NCBI GenBank assembly: GCA_965205915.1
Contig: OZ242191.1
Coordinates: 100,383-164,382, forward strand
Reading direction: 5' to 3'
From: Dehalococcoidia bacterium
GTDB taxonomy: Bacteria; Chloroflexota; Dehalococcoidia; UBA6926
Length of the DNA stretch: 64,000 bases
In this document: one piece after another, positions 26,728 to 36,050 of the stretch
Position numbering within the stretch: the stretch's first letter is position 1
Layout of the letters: every line of letters begins with the position of its first letter
The notes under the pieces: generated by a model
What the model saw: only the letters and a program-made list of their open reading frames with translations
Told to the model about the DNA's origin: nothing
The model's database searches: none
Position numbers and translations under genes: made by a program

Positions 26728-27720
26728 TTACGCGGTACGGCCTGCAACGGGGGTGGCGGGGGGCGGGGGTTCTATGGCTACTCGCATGCCCTCTTCGAGG
26801 TGGCCGCGAATATCGCTGATGCCTGTCAGGTTGTGTGTGTCTATGTACTGACGCAGGCCGTTGATGACGTCCAGCATGGTTGTGGGACGGGTGAAGTTGG
26901 CGGTGCCGACGGCGATGGCTGTCGCGCCTGCCAGGATGAACTCCAGCGCGTCGCGGGCTGAGGTGATGCCGCCGATGCCGATTACGGGGACTGAGACGGC
27001 GCTGCATACCTGCCAGACCATGCGCACGGCGATGGGGCGGATGGCGGGGCCTGATATGCCGCCGGTCATGGTGCCCGTGACCGTCCGTCGGTTATCGACG
27101 TCGATGACCATGCCGCTCAATGTGTTGATGGCGGAGATGGCCGTCGCGCCGCCCTGCTCCGAGGCCCGCGCGATGTCGGCAATGGACGTGATGTTGGGGG
27201 TGAGCTTTGCGATGACCGGGCCGTGGAAACGGTCAGATACACCGCGCAGGACACGCTCAACGTTGGCGGGGCTCGCGCCGATCTCCATGCCTCCGGCCTC
27301 GAGGTTTGGGCAGGAGATGTTGACTTCTAGACCCGCTACACCGGGTTCGCCGTTCAGGCGTTCTGCGAGGCGGTCATATTCTTCGATTCCAAGCCCGCCG
27401 ATGCTGACGATGACCGGCGAATCATATTTTGTGTACTCAGGCAGGATCTCTTTCAAGAAATGCTCGACGCCGCGCGACGGGATGCCGATGGAGTTGAGCA
27501 TTCCGGCGGGGGATTCGGCGGTGCGGGGGGCGGGATTACCCGCGCGCGCGCCGTAGAAGATCGTCTTGGGAACGAGCGCGCCGAGTTGGCCGAGATCAAA
27601 GAGCGTGCCCATCTCCGACCCGAAACAGCCGGACGCCGGCATAACCGGGTTCTTGAGAGTCAGCCCGGCGCCGAGGTCAACCGCTAAACGGTTATCGAGG
27701 TCAGCATCCTGTACGGCCAT
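26728..27720 (-). CDS. pyrD: Dihydroorotate dehydrogenase family 1B catalytic subunit (or paralog)
   Basis: LKNPVMPASG, EVNISCPN, KLTPN, INT, GGISGPAIRP, IGIGGI. Confidence 0.85.
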   Translation of the reverse strand: MAVQDADLDNRLAVDLGAGLTLKNPVMPASGCFGSEMGTLFDLGQLGALVPKTIFYGARAGNPAPRTAESPAGMLNSIGIPSRGVEHFLKEILPEYTKYDSPVIVSIGGLGIEEYDRLAERLNGEPGVAGLEVNISCPNLEAGGMEIGASPANVERVLRGVSDRFHGPVIAKLTPNITSIADIARASEQGGATAISAINTLSGMVIDVDNRRTVTGTMTGGISGPAIRPIAVRMVWQVCSAVSVPVIGIGGITSARDALEFILAGATAIAVGTANFTRPTTMLDVINGLRQYIDTHNLTGISDIRGHLEEGMRVAIEPPPPATPVAGRTA

Positions 27721-27723
27721 CGC

Positions 27724-28641
27724 CTATACAGTAACCCCTGCCGCGTGGCAACGAAAGACGGGGCCGTCACGACAGACAAGGGGCGACTCCGTTGATTCGC
27801 CAAACGCGCCCGTCGCGCAGGAGTGGCAGTAGCCGAGGCCGCAGGCCATGTGCGCCTCAAGCGAGACGTACGTTTCGACATTGGCGGGCGCGGCGAGAGT
27901 TGTGGTGAGTTCAATGAGGCGGTTGGAGCCGCAGACGTATGCCTGCTGCGCGCGGCCGGAGTCGATGATTTCACTGAGCCACGGCCCCACGTTTTCGATG
28001 GCGCTGCTGCCGTCCATGTCATTGACGGAAAGGGCGTGGCCTCCTGACTTCTTGATGATGTCTTTGCCAAGCACAACGTCGGGGTTGCGTCCACTCAGGA
28101 GGGCGTACGTCTCAATGCCGCGTCGCTTCGCCTCGTCAATGAGAGTGGTGAGGGAGCAGACGCCGATGCCGCGTCCGACGATGAGGATGCCGTTGGTGTT
28201 CTTAGCGATGGGGAACGGCCTGCCGACGGGGCCGACGATTTCGACCATATCGCCCGGCCGGCGCTGCGCCATGGCCGCAGTGCCCTGCCCCACGACACGA
28301 TAGACGAACTCTGCGATCCCGCCCGCCCTGTCGTAGTGGTACACCGCCATTGGGCGCGGCAGGATGGGATGCACGTCTGTCGCCGTTCCGGGGCGGATGA
28401 CGCCGAACTGACCGGGCGCGCCGTTGGCCAATTCCTCGGAGCGCACACGGAGCAGGTAGTGCTCCGGCGCGATCTCGTCGTTGGAGATGATTTCGGTTTC
28501 AGTGAACGTTGCGGCGGGGGTGTGCGCGCCGTTCTTGCCCATGACCTCGAGCCGGACGCTGGACGGGAGTCGGAGTTGCGGGACATGCGTGCCCGCAAAC
28601 ACGGGAATCGTCCCGTTGGCGTCCATCAGTTCGGCTGTCAT
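27724..28641 (-). CDS. pyrK: Dihydroorotate dehydrogenase electron-transfer subunit
   Basis: LPRPM, VGRGIG, SLEAHMACGLGYCHSC, VCRDGPVF. Confidence 0.85.
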   Translation of the reverse strand: MTAELMDANGTIPVFAGTHVPQLRLPSSVRLEVMGKNGAHTPAATFTETEIISNDEIAPEHYLLRVRSEELANGAPGQFGVIRPGTATDVHPILPRPMAVYHYDRAGGIAEFVYRVVGQGTAAMAQRRPGDMVEIVGPVGRPFPIAKNTNGILIVGRGIGVCSLTTLIDEAKRRGIETYALLSGRNPDVVLGKDIIKKSGGHALSVNDMDGSSAIENVGPWLSEIIDSGRAQQAYVCGSNRLIELTTTLAAPANVETYVSLEAHMACGLGYCHSCATGAFGESTESPLVCRDGPVFRCHAAGVTV

Positions 28642-29972
28642 TCTGCGACCTCTTTCGTCAGGAATGCGTCGATGTCTTTAATGCTCTCCGCGAGCGCCTG
28701 CGCGCCGATTGCGATGTCTTCCATGCTCGTCCATTCCTCCGGGCAGTGGCTGAGACCATCACGGCTTGGGACGAAGAACATGGCGGTGGGAATGGCACGG
28801 GAGAGAATACCGGCGTCGTGCCCCGCCCCGCTCGTCGTGACGCGGTGCGGTACATCAAGGCGTTTTGCGGCGGCGGTGGTCAGGTCGCGCAGCCACTTGG
28901 GCAGCACGACGGGCGACGTGTCGGACACGACTTCCCAGTCGCACCGCAGGCCACGGCGCGCGGCGGTTTCCTCCGCGCGGGTAACGATGTCCTGCGTCGT
29001 CAGACGTTGGCGGTCGCTATCCACGTCGCGCACGTCAAGATAGAACTCCACGTCGCCGGGGATTGTCGTGATGCTGTTAGGGAAAACGTGTAGGCGTCCG
29101 ACGGTGGCGACGGTGGCACGGCGGCGCGGCTCATTGGCGATAGATTCCGCGGCGAGAATGACCTCCGCGGCGGCGACAAGAGCATCCTGCCGTTGGGACA
29201 TGGGAGTGCCACCGGAGTGATCCTGCCGGCCCTTGATGGAGAGGCGAATGCGCGTGTTTCCCGCAATGGCATCGACGAGGCCGATGCGCTCTCCCGCCTC
29301 ATCCAGCGACCGTGATTGCTCGATGTGCAGTTCAAGAAAAGCGGCCAGGGTGTTGGGGGCCCAGCGCGCTTGCGCCAGTGCGAGCGGATCGAAACTCAGG
29401 GCGCGCATGGCCTGGCCAAGCGTGTTCCCGTTGGCGTCGCGCAGCCGCTCCATGTCGGCCTGCTGCAAGACACCGGCGACGGCTTTGCTACCGAGGCAAG
29501 GTTCGCCGAATCGCGCGCCCTCTTCTGAGGCAAAGACGACCAGCATGAGGGGGTGGGCGGTCTCGACGCCGGTCTCCTTGAACATACGGAGAACTTCGAG
29601 CGCGCCGAGCACGCCGACGGACCCGTCGAATCGTCCACCGTGCGGGACGGAATCGAGGTGCGAGCCGAAACCGATGGCGGGGAGTGTGGGATCCGTGCCG
29701 GGGAGCGTGCCGAACGTGTTCCCAAAGCTGTCTGTGCGAACCGAGAGGCCGAGTTCGCGCATCCAGCCGGAGAGGAGATCGTGGGCGGCGCGCTCTTCAG
29801 GCGAGAACGGGATTCGGGAGAGGCCACCGGCGGGCTCCGCGCCTATCTCAGACAGGCGTTCAAAGTCGGCGGCGATGCGGCTCGGGCTGGCTCGCAGTTC
29901 GGCGATGACGGCGTCAGACTCTTCCGACGTGTCCGCCGATTCCGCGTCTATTTCCTGTTCCGTCGTTGCCAT
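28638..29972 (-). CDS. M20-family Zn hydrolase (N-carbamoyl-amino acid/allantoate amidohydrolase-like)
   Basis: GSHLDSVPHGGRFDG, EEGARFG, ELHIEQ, DHSGGTPM..RQDAL, SGAGHDA, SHCPEE. Confidence 0.9.
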   Translation of the reverse strand: MATTEQEIDAESADTSEESDAVIAELRASPSRIAADFERLSEIGAEPAGGLSRIPFSPEERAAHDLLSGWMRELGLSVRTDSFGNTFGTLPGTDPTLPAIGFGSHLDSVPHGGRFDGSVGVLGALEVLRMFKETGVETAHPLMLVVFASEEGARFGEPCLGSKAVAGVLQQADMERLRDANGNTLGQAMRALSFDPLALAQARWAPNTLAAFLELHIEQSRSLDEAGERIGLVDAIAGNTRIRLSIKGRQDHSGGTPMSQRQDALVAAAEVILAAESIANEPRRRATVATVGRLHVFPNSITTIPGDVEFYLDVRDVDSDRQRLTTQDIVTRAEETAARRGLRCDWEVVSDTSPVVLPKWLRDLTTAAAKRLDVPHRVTTSGAGHDAGILSRAIPTAMFFVPSRDGLSHCPEEWTSMEDIAIGAQALAESIKDIDAFLTKEVAE

Positions 29973-30038
29973 CTATCCCCACCCCATTCGGTACGAGTAT
30001 GTTGGCCGATCGCGCCCTGTGATGGACGCGGCCCAATC

Positions 30039-30572
30039 CTAGGTTAGCCCTGCCGCGACGCCTTCGCCGCATACCGGGCAGTCGGACTCAGAGTATGTGT
30101 GATCCTGTAGCGATACAAGGGAAAGCTCACCGGCGACCTCGCCTGTTCCCACAAGCGAGGCGGCGACGTCCAGGCTGCTGCCCCGGCTTTCGACGAATGC
30201 GCGCGCAAGGTTGGCATCACGGCTGCTCAGTGTGACGCCGACGAGCGCGACACTCTGTCCTGCCTGCACATTGCCGGACGCGGTGACGAGGCCCTCCGCA
30301 TCGGACAGCAGCGAGACGGGGCGATCCATGGCGACGCCGACGGCAAATGCAAGGACGACGTTATCTAACCCCGGCCACGCGACGATGAGATCAGGCGCGG
30401 GGTCCGGAAGGGCATCCGCAAGGCGACGCGACAGTTCGGAAACCACCGTCGGATTCGCGAGCGGATCCATCATGCCGATGGCGCGGCTCATGTGCGCGTC
30501 GCCGGTAACGACGTGCCCATCGATGAGGCAGCCTGTGGCTGTTAAGAGGTCTTGTGTGTCGGTGTTTGTCAT
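30039..30572 (-). CDS. Degenerate orotate-PRTase-like protein
   Basis: PRTase-like layout and C-terminal Y..SDCPVC, but the PRPP loop reads VALVGVTLSS with no acidic pair. Confidence 0.6.
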   Translation of the reverse strand: MTNTDTQDLLTATGCLIDGHVVTGDAHMSRAIGMMDPLANPTVVSELSRRLADALPDPAPDLIVAWPGLDNVVLAFAVGVAMDRPVSLLSDAEGLVTASGNVQAGQSVALVGVTLSSRDANLARAFVESRGSSLDVAASLVGTGEVAGELSLVSLQDHTYSESDCPVCGEGVAAGLT

Positions 30573-30638
30573 TCAGATTTGACCGATCTCAAATTAGTAC
30601 GCCCATAAGATTGCCGTCACACCGCTTGCCTGAGTCCT

Positions 30639-31310
30639 TCAACCAATGATCCTCTGCTTCATTGTGGCGAATTCTTCCTCAGTAATGTGCCCGTCTTTCA
30701 AGAGAGAAACAATGCGCTCAATGTCCGATACTCCATTGGTCGAAGGGGCTTCCTTCGGAGCCACAGCAGGTTGAGCCACAGCAGGTCTATGTGCGAGGTC
30801 AATCTGCTTCCTGACGCGTTCGGCAAATGAGGCGTTAGCATTCTTTGGAGAAATATCCTCAATCTTGTAACTCGATGCCCCGCGTCCCACGACCTGAATG
30901 CCACCTCGGAACATGCCGGTGCTATACGTGATGCTCTCGATAGCTCGATGCGCTATTTCCATGACCTCACTGTTGCCAAATAGGCCTTTATCAAGAAAAA
31001 GAACACGCCGATTAGTTGCAACTACAACTCCCTTATGCCTCTTGAGCGCCTTTCGCTCTGTATCCTGAACGAATGTACCTCCAAGGAGAGCTAGCACATT
31101 CTCATCGTTATCGATGAGATCGGCAAGCATCTTGCGCTCACCACTATGCATCCCCTGTCCCCACTCAGGCCGCGCGCTACTCCATTGCCATAAGACGCGC
31201 TCCTGGTTGCTTTGGCCGACACCGTGTTTGTAGAACAGGTGAAGGTCAAATTCATGCCGGGTAGCAAACTTAAGGTCACATTTGAGACATTCCACTTGCG
31301 CGTCCCCCAT
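30639..31310 (-). CDS. C2H2 zinc finger + bacterial PH domain + SHOCT protein
   Basis: CLKC-x12-H-x4-H; VVVATNRRVLFLDKG (PH-like); IERIVSLLKDGHITEEEFATMKQRII (SHOCT). Confidence 0.8.
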   Translation of the reverse strand: MGDAQVECLKCDLKFATRHEFDLHLFYKHGVGQSNQERVLWQWSSARPEWGQGMHSGERKMLADLIDNDENVLALLGGTFVQDTERKALKRHKGVVVATNRRVLFLDKGLFGNSEVMEIAHRAIESITYSTGMFRGGIQVVGRGASSYKIEDISPKNANASFAERVRKQIDLAHRPAVAQPAVAPKEAPSTNGVSDIERIVSLLKDGHITEEEFATMKQRIIG

Positions 31311-31368
31311 AGTTATCGCTTTAGCAATATACCCCAGTCTGCGGAAATGCTCCGTTCAGCGTCAGGAT

Positions 31369-31926
31369 TCAGATACCGAGGTCGCGGCGGCGGAATAACG
31401 CGCGGAGTTGGTAGCCGGCGGCGGCGAGCATCTGCTCCGCCCCCTCCTCGCGGTCGATGACTACGAGAACGTCTGAGACAATCGCGCCGGCGGCTCGGAG
31501 GGCGATGCCCGCCTCGATGGCCTGGCTTCCCGTCGTCACGACATCCTCTACGAGCAGGACGCGCTCACCGGCGAACAGCTCGCCTTCCACGACGTTGCCC
31601 GTCGCATAGGATTTCTGCTCTTTCTTGACGATGACAAACGGCAGGCCCATCTCAAGGGAGAGGGCCGTCGCGAGTGCAACCGCGCCAAGCTCCGGCCCGG
31701 CGATGCGATCCGTGCCGGGGGGGACAAGCTCCGCCATGAACGCGGCGAGGCGTCGCAGGATGCTGGGCTTGGTCTCAAAGAGGTACTTGTCAAAGTAGTA
31801 GTTGCTGGTGCGGCCGGAACGGAGGACAAAGCTACCGCGCAGATATGCGGCGCTGAGTAGGTCGCGTCCAAGCTCCGTGATGCGCTGCTCACGCGACAGC
31901 CCAATCGTCCGATTCATCGTCGCCAT
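31369..31926 (-). CDS. pyrE: Orotate phosphoribosyltransferase
   Basis: GSFVLRSGRTSNYYFDK, GPELGAV, VLLVEDVVTTG, VIDRE; SD AAAGGAG before ATG 31926. Confidence 0.92.
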   Translation of the reverse strand: MATMNRTIGLSREQRITELGRDLLSAAYLRGSFVLRSGRTSNYYFDKYLFETKPSILRRLAAFMAELVPPGTDRIAGPELGAVALATALSLEMGLPFVIVKKEQKSYATGNVVEGELFAGERVLLVEDVVTTGSQAIEAGIALRAAGAIVSDVLVVIDREEGAEQMLAAAGYQLRALFRRRDLGI

Positions 31927-32193
31927 GGGCGGGTCTCCTTTCCGCGCTGCTCCGGTCCCGTTCGCGATGCGCGCCACTCAGACGGGCGGCTGCGCAATCG
32001 CGTTCCTTAATGGTACTAGATTCGCGAAGATGGGCTCTTGCAGCGGTCGGCAATCTGAGCACAGTGGAGAATTGTGCGTCATCGAACCTCTGCAACGTCT
32101 CGGTCAATCGCTTGCCGCTAAGAAACCATCGGATAACCAGGCATTGCCAATTCGAGTTGCCTTCCGTAGTCTGCCCTTAGATTCCGCTCATCA

Positions 32194-33933
32194 ATGGCCA
32201 AGGCGGTGACTCTATTGCTCGGGAGCAGAGCGCGACGTGTCAGGAATCTCATGGTTGACTACTTTGACGCGCCTTCCGACGACTTCCGACTAAGGGCGGA
32301 GGCGGCCCTCACACATCCGGCGACACTGCTGGCCCTCGCCGCCTTGCTAGTCAACGACCATTTGCTCAAGTCGATTTGGCCGGGCGCATGGGCGACAGGA
32401 AAGCTCAGCGACCTTGCCTGGTTGATCTTCGCGATGCCGCTGGCAGCATGGCTGCTTTCACTCATTGCTCGGGACGGGCGGCTGTCAAGAAGAGTCGCAT
32501 TCATCTCCGCCTACTTGGGTCTGCCCCTCTTGTACGCGGCATTCAACACGTTCGGTTCGCTGCACGACTTCATCCTGACCGCCATCACGACGCCCTTTGG
32601 CCTGATCCCCGGATCGCCACTGGACGCGACGGACTCAATCGTCATTCCTCCGGCAATGGCAATCGGGCTGTGGGTGTGGCGGGCGAACTCAGCAAAGAGC
32701 GCGCTGGCGCGGCGTAAGTGGGTGGCTGCCGTTGCCTCGATCGCGGTCGTCTCAAGCATAGCGACGTCTCCCGCGCCGGTCGAAAATGGCATCACCTACC
32801 TTGGCGTAGCCGACAATGGGACAATAGTTGCAGTAGCCGACTCCGAATACTGGTCCGAGCGATTCGAGAGCAGCGACGGCGGCATGACCTGGAATTTGGA
32901 TGATTCAGCAGAAACCCGCTATTTTGGGGGCGGTGACAGAGTCCAGACCCCTCGCGGAATCTACGTGATTGACGGCCCGGACATTTTGAGAGCCGGGATG
33001 GACGGTATGGGCGAATTGGTCTACTCAGCCGCCTATTTACAACAATCACATAATGCATGGCTGCAACGCATTTCAACCGTCGGCTTGGGAGAGCGGGAAC
33101 TCTCAGAACAGCCACTTGCAATTGCCTATGACCCAACGAGTGGGAACCTCGTGGTGGCTATGGGCATACAGGGGGTCTTGATCGGTACACCGGATGAACA
33201 GTGGATCCCGGTAGCGGTCGGGCCATTCCGCCCCACGGACTTCTCGCTGCTCAGCAAGGCTCGCTATTTGCTGGCCAGCCTGGAATTTTGGACCGCATCC
33301 TTCCTCCTGTCCCTCGCTATGGTGGGGGTTGCCTTGATGATGGCGAACCGAACAATGGAGTCACTGAAGTCGCTGCCAGTTGAGTTGACCGTGGGGGCCG
33401 GATCTGTGACCACGTTTGTCGCCATGGTCTGGATATCCTTGGACGAGGTACAGAATCTCCTGGCTGGTTTAGCGTCACTTGGATTCGTGATCATGCTGGT
33501 TATCGCGGTTTACGCAAAGATTAGGCCCCCCGAAAGCGTATTTCGGCGATTAACCACTACCACTTTCGTTGGCTTAACGCTTGGGCTGTCAGTCGCCATC
33601 CTCCTTATTTTCCAGAATTTCGATGAAGCAGGCTTATGGCTTCTGCTGGCCATCCCCGCTTTTATGTTGAACGTACCGATGTTTGCGCTGACTTGGGATC
33701 GATCCGCGTATCTCCGCACTGCCATACCTTTCTTCCTACTCATGAATGTTCTCGTCTTCCTGCCCCACATGTTGTGGCTAAATGCTGCTGTCGAGAAGGT
33801 TGTCGCCAGCCTGCTGGCAGTTCTCCTAACCGCCATCGCCGCCGTCGCCATGGCCGTCTATCTCCGACCAAAGATCGCACTAATGAACCACCCACAGGAA
33901 AGCTCTCCGGTTGAACCTAAGCAAGGGTCATAG
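32194..33933 (+). CDS. Hypothetical polytopic membrane protein with a periplasmic beta-rich domain
   Basis: N-terminal LVNDHLLK..W..GKLSD TM block, soluble mid region with an SSDGGMTW BNR-like repeat, multiple C-terminal TM helices. Start uncertain (32194 or 32251). Confidence 0.7.
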   Translation: MAKAVTLLLGSRARRVRNLMVDYFDAPSDDFRLRAEAALTHPATLLALAALLVNDHLLKSIWPGAWATGKLSDLAWLIFAMPLAAWLLSLIARDGRLSRRVAFISAYLGLPLLYAAFNTFGSLHDFILTAITTPFGLIPGSPLDATDSIVIPPAMAIGLWVWRANSAKSALARRKWVAAVASIAVVSSIATSPAPVENGITYLGVADNGTIVAVADSEYWSERFESSDGGMTWNLDDSAETRYFGGGDRVQTPRGIYVIDGPDILRAGMDGMGELVYSAAYLQQSHNAWLQRISTVGLGERELSEQPLAIAYDPTSGNLVVAMGIQGVLIGTPDEQWIPVAVGPFRPTDFSLLSKARYLLASLEFWTASFLLSLAMVGVALMMANRTMESLKSLPVELTVGAGSVTTFVAMVWISLDEVQNLLAGLASLGFVIMLVIAVYAKIRPPESVFRRLTTTTFVGLTLGLSVAILLIFQNFDEAGLWLLLAIPAFMLNVPMFALTWDRSAYLRTAIPFFLLMNVLVFLPHMLWLNAAVEKVVASLLAVLLTAIAAVAMAVYLRPKIALMNHPQESSPVEPKQGS

Positions 33934-34101
33934 TTTCCCGCACGCTCGATAGGGATAAATGCTAAGCCTCGGTTTTCGATGCGTGGATAGGGTGAGTATC
34001 TGGCAGAGCAATAGCCTCACGTGGACTGCGCCGCATTCGCGAGGGACGGAAAAGGCGGACGGTGCGCTACCGGGTCTGTTTCGCGTGGGGGGGGGGCTTT
34101 G

Positions 34102-34325
34102 GATTCCTCGCTGCGCTCGGAATGACAATTGGGCGTTGCGGCGGTTGGTTGCGCGGTGGAGGCTTTGGATTCCTCGCTGTGCTCGGAATGACAATTGGGG
34201 GGCGTTGCGGCGGTTGGTTGCGTAAAGGGGATTAAGATTCCCGCGAACGCGGGAATGACGGGTGGGGGCGCGGGAATGACGAGTGGGGGCGGAAAGGACG
34301 GGGGGGGGGAATGACGGGGGGGGGG
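34102..34325 (+). repeat. Composite REP cluster (two family B copies 66 bp apart, one family A copy, half-REP tail)
   Basis: GATTCC at 34102, 34168 and 34236. Confidence 0.88.
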
Positions 34326-34386
34326 CTTCTTTCTAGGCTCAGTGGGAAAGTGGGGGGGAGTAGGTGCTGGCAGGCCGCTCTGACGG

Positions 34387-34758
34387 CTAGTTGCCGTCAA
34401 TCAGGCTCCGCATCTTCTCTACGAACCGGGTTACGTGTCCGAGATGGAAGTCGACGTCAATCTCTCCCATTTGACCTTCATAGAAGTTCTCATGCAGCTC
34501 ACGAGCCATTGCGAAGGCGACCCAGAGGTCTTGGTCGCCCGTTTCGGCAACGACGCGGCGCACCACCTGGATTAGATTGGCATGGCGACGATGCTCCCAC
34601 CCTCGCTCCTCTGCGACGGCCTTGATCACCTGCGCCGTGGCGCCCCACCCTTTCTCGCTCGTCTGGAGCAAATCGCCCCGCGCAAACTCCTCGGAGGCCT
34701 TCGACAGGTAATGATCGCAACGATCAACGTATGGGCGTGTTTCAACATTCATGGTCAT
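34387..34758 (-). CDS. PaREP1/HEPN-like small protein
   Basis: EEFARGDLLQTSEKGWGA..Q.IKAVA...GW.H..H...LHENFYE; ATG at 34758 or 34752 inside the longer ORF-track frame. Confidence 0.8.
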   Translation of the reverse strand: MTMNVETRPYVDRCDHYLSKASEEFARGDLLQTSEKGWGATAQVIKAVAEERGWEHRRHANLIQVVRRVVAETGDQDLWVAFAMARELHENFYEGQMGEIDVDFHLGHVTRFVEKMRSLIDGN

Positions 34759-34801
34759 ATTGTAACCCCCATAGCGGGAAGCGAGTCGGACGGATTCTTT
34801 A

Positions 34802-34826
34802 GATTCTTCGCTGCTCTCAGAATGAC
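34802..34826 (+). repeat. Family B REP variant
   Basis: GATTCTTCGCTGCTCTCAGAATGAC; arm changes are compensatory. Confidence 0.8.
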
Positions 34827-34911
34827 ATGAGGGAGCGAGTCTGCCCGCAACCGCTACAATGACGGCGGGGTCTTGTTGCGCCGTTTGGGGGAGAGATTGG
34901 AGTCGCTGCAG

Positions 34912-35895
34912 ATGCATATCGATACGCACAATCATTTTGCCGTTCCCGAGTATATTGACCTGCTGCTGAACCGCAGAACGTTCCCATACATGGAACGGAG
35001 CGGGGACGATATCATCTTCCATGTTTCGGACATGGACACGTATACCCTGCCCGCCGGTATGTTCCGGCTTGAGGATCGGGTGAATGACATGGACGAGGCG
35101 GGCGTGGACATGCATGTGATGAGCTGCATCGTCCCCGCAGGTGAGGTGGCGAACGATCCGGTGCTGAACGTTGAGCTTGCCGCCGCCGCAAATGAGGGCA
35201 TCGCGCAGATTCAGAAGGCCAACCCGGAGCGGTTTGTCGGCATGGGAACGCTGCCGTTGCTGGACGCCGATGCATCGCTCAAGGAGCTGGATCGCGCAGT
35301 CAATGAGCTTGGGCTGCGGAGCATGATGCTGACGTCAAACGTGGCGGGCAAGCAGTTGCATGAGCCGGATCTTTGGCCGATCTATGAGCGGGCGGAGGAG
35401 TTGGGCGTCGTCTTGATGATCCACCCAAGCTGGCCGGTGATGGCACAGCATCTGCAGGGCTGGACGATGGCCGTGAACATGGGGTTCCTGTTCGACTCGT
35501 CCGCCGCCATGATGCGCGTGATCCTGAGCGGCGTCATGGAGAAGTACCCGAACCTGCAATGGGCCCTGTGCCACCTGGGCAGCACCCTGCCCTTCCTGAT
35601 GGGTCGGCTGAATCGCAGTGGCGGGCCGCGCGCCGGTCATTGGGGCGAGAACGATAAGGGCCCCTGGGAATATTTTAAGAAGGTCCACATCGACACCGTT
35701 TCACGGCTGAGGCCGGCGATTATGTTCGCCCGCGAGTTGATGGGCAATGACATGATCATGTTCGGGACGGACTACCCGTACGCGACGATTCCGCCGATGA
35801 AAGCGGACGTGACGGAGCTTGATCTGCCGGAAGCTGACCGAGACGCAATTCTCGGAGGCAACGCGGCGCGGCTCTTTGGAATCGAGGGCGGATAG
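34912..35895 (+). CDS. Amidohydrolase_2 family protein (ACMSD/LigW-like)
   Basis: IDTHNH, MDEAGVD, LMIHP, CHLGSTLPF, MFGTDYPY. Confidence 0.9.
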   Translation: MHIDTHNHFAVPEYIDLLLNRRTFPYMERSGDDIIFHVSDMDTYTLPAGMFRLEDRVNDMDEAGVDMHVMSCIVPAGEVANDPVLNVELAAAANEGIAQIQKANPERFVGMGTLPLLDADASLKELDRAVNELGLRSMMLTSNVAGKQLHEPDLWPIYERAEELGVVLMIHPSWPVMAQHLQGWTMAVNMGFLFDSSAAMMRVILSGVMEKYPNLQWALCHLGSTLPFLMGRLNRSGGPRAGHWGENDKGPWEYFKKVHIDTVSRLRPAIMFARELMGNDMIMFGTDYPYATIPPMKADVTELDLPEADRDAILGGNAARLFGIEGG

Positions 35896-35904
35896 CACGG
35901 AGAT

Positions 35905-36050
35905 GGTTCCCGCCTGCGCGGGAATGACGGGTGAATGGGGAATGACGGGTGGAGGGGGAGTGACGGTGGAGGGGGAGTGACGGTGGAGGGGAATAAGGGT
36001 GAGTGGGGAATGACGGTGGAGGGAGAGTGACGGGTGGGAGGGAAATGACC
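35905..36050 (+). repeat. Family A REP plus GAATGACGG/GAGTGACGG tail running into the next start codon
   Basis: GGTTCCCGCCTGCGCGGGAATGAC followed by several TGACGG units. Confidence 0.85.

Noticed and set aside
34759-35115. N-terminal extension of ORF 34387..35115
   Set aside because: It overlaps the amidohydrolase antisense and reads through a REP; the PaREP1-like domain starts at 34758 or 34752.
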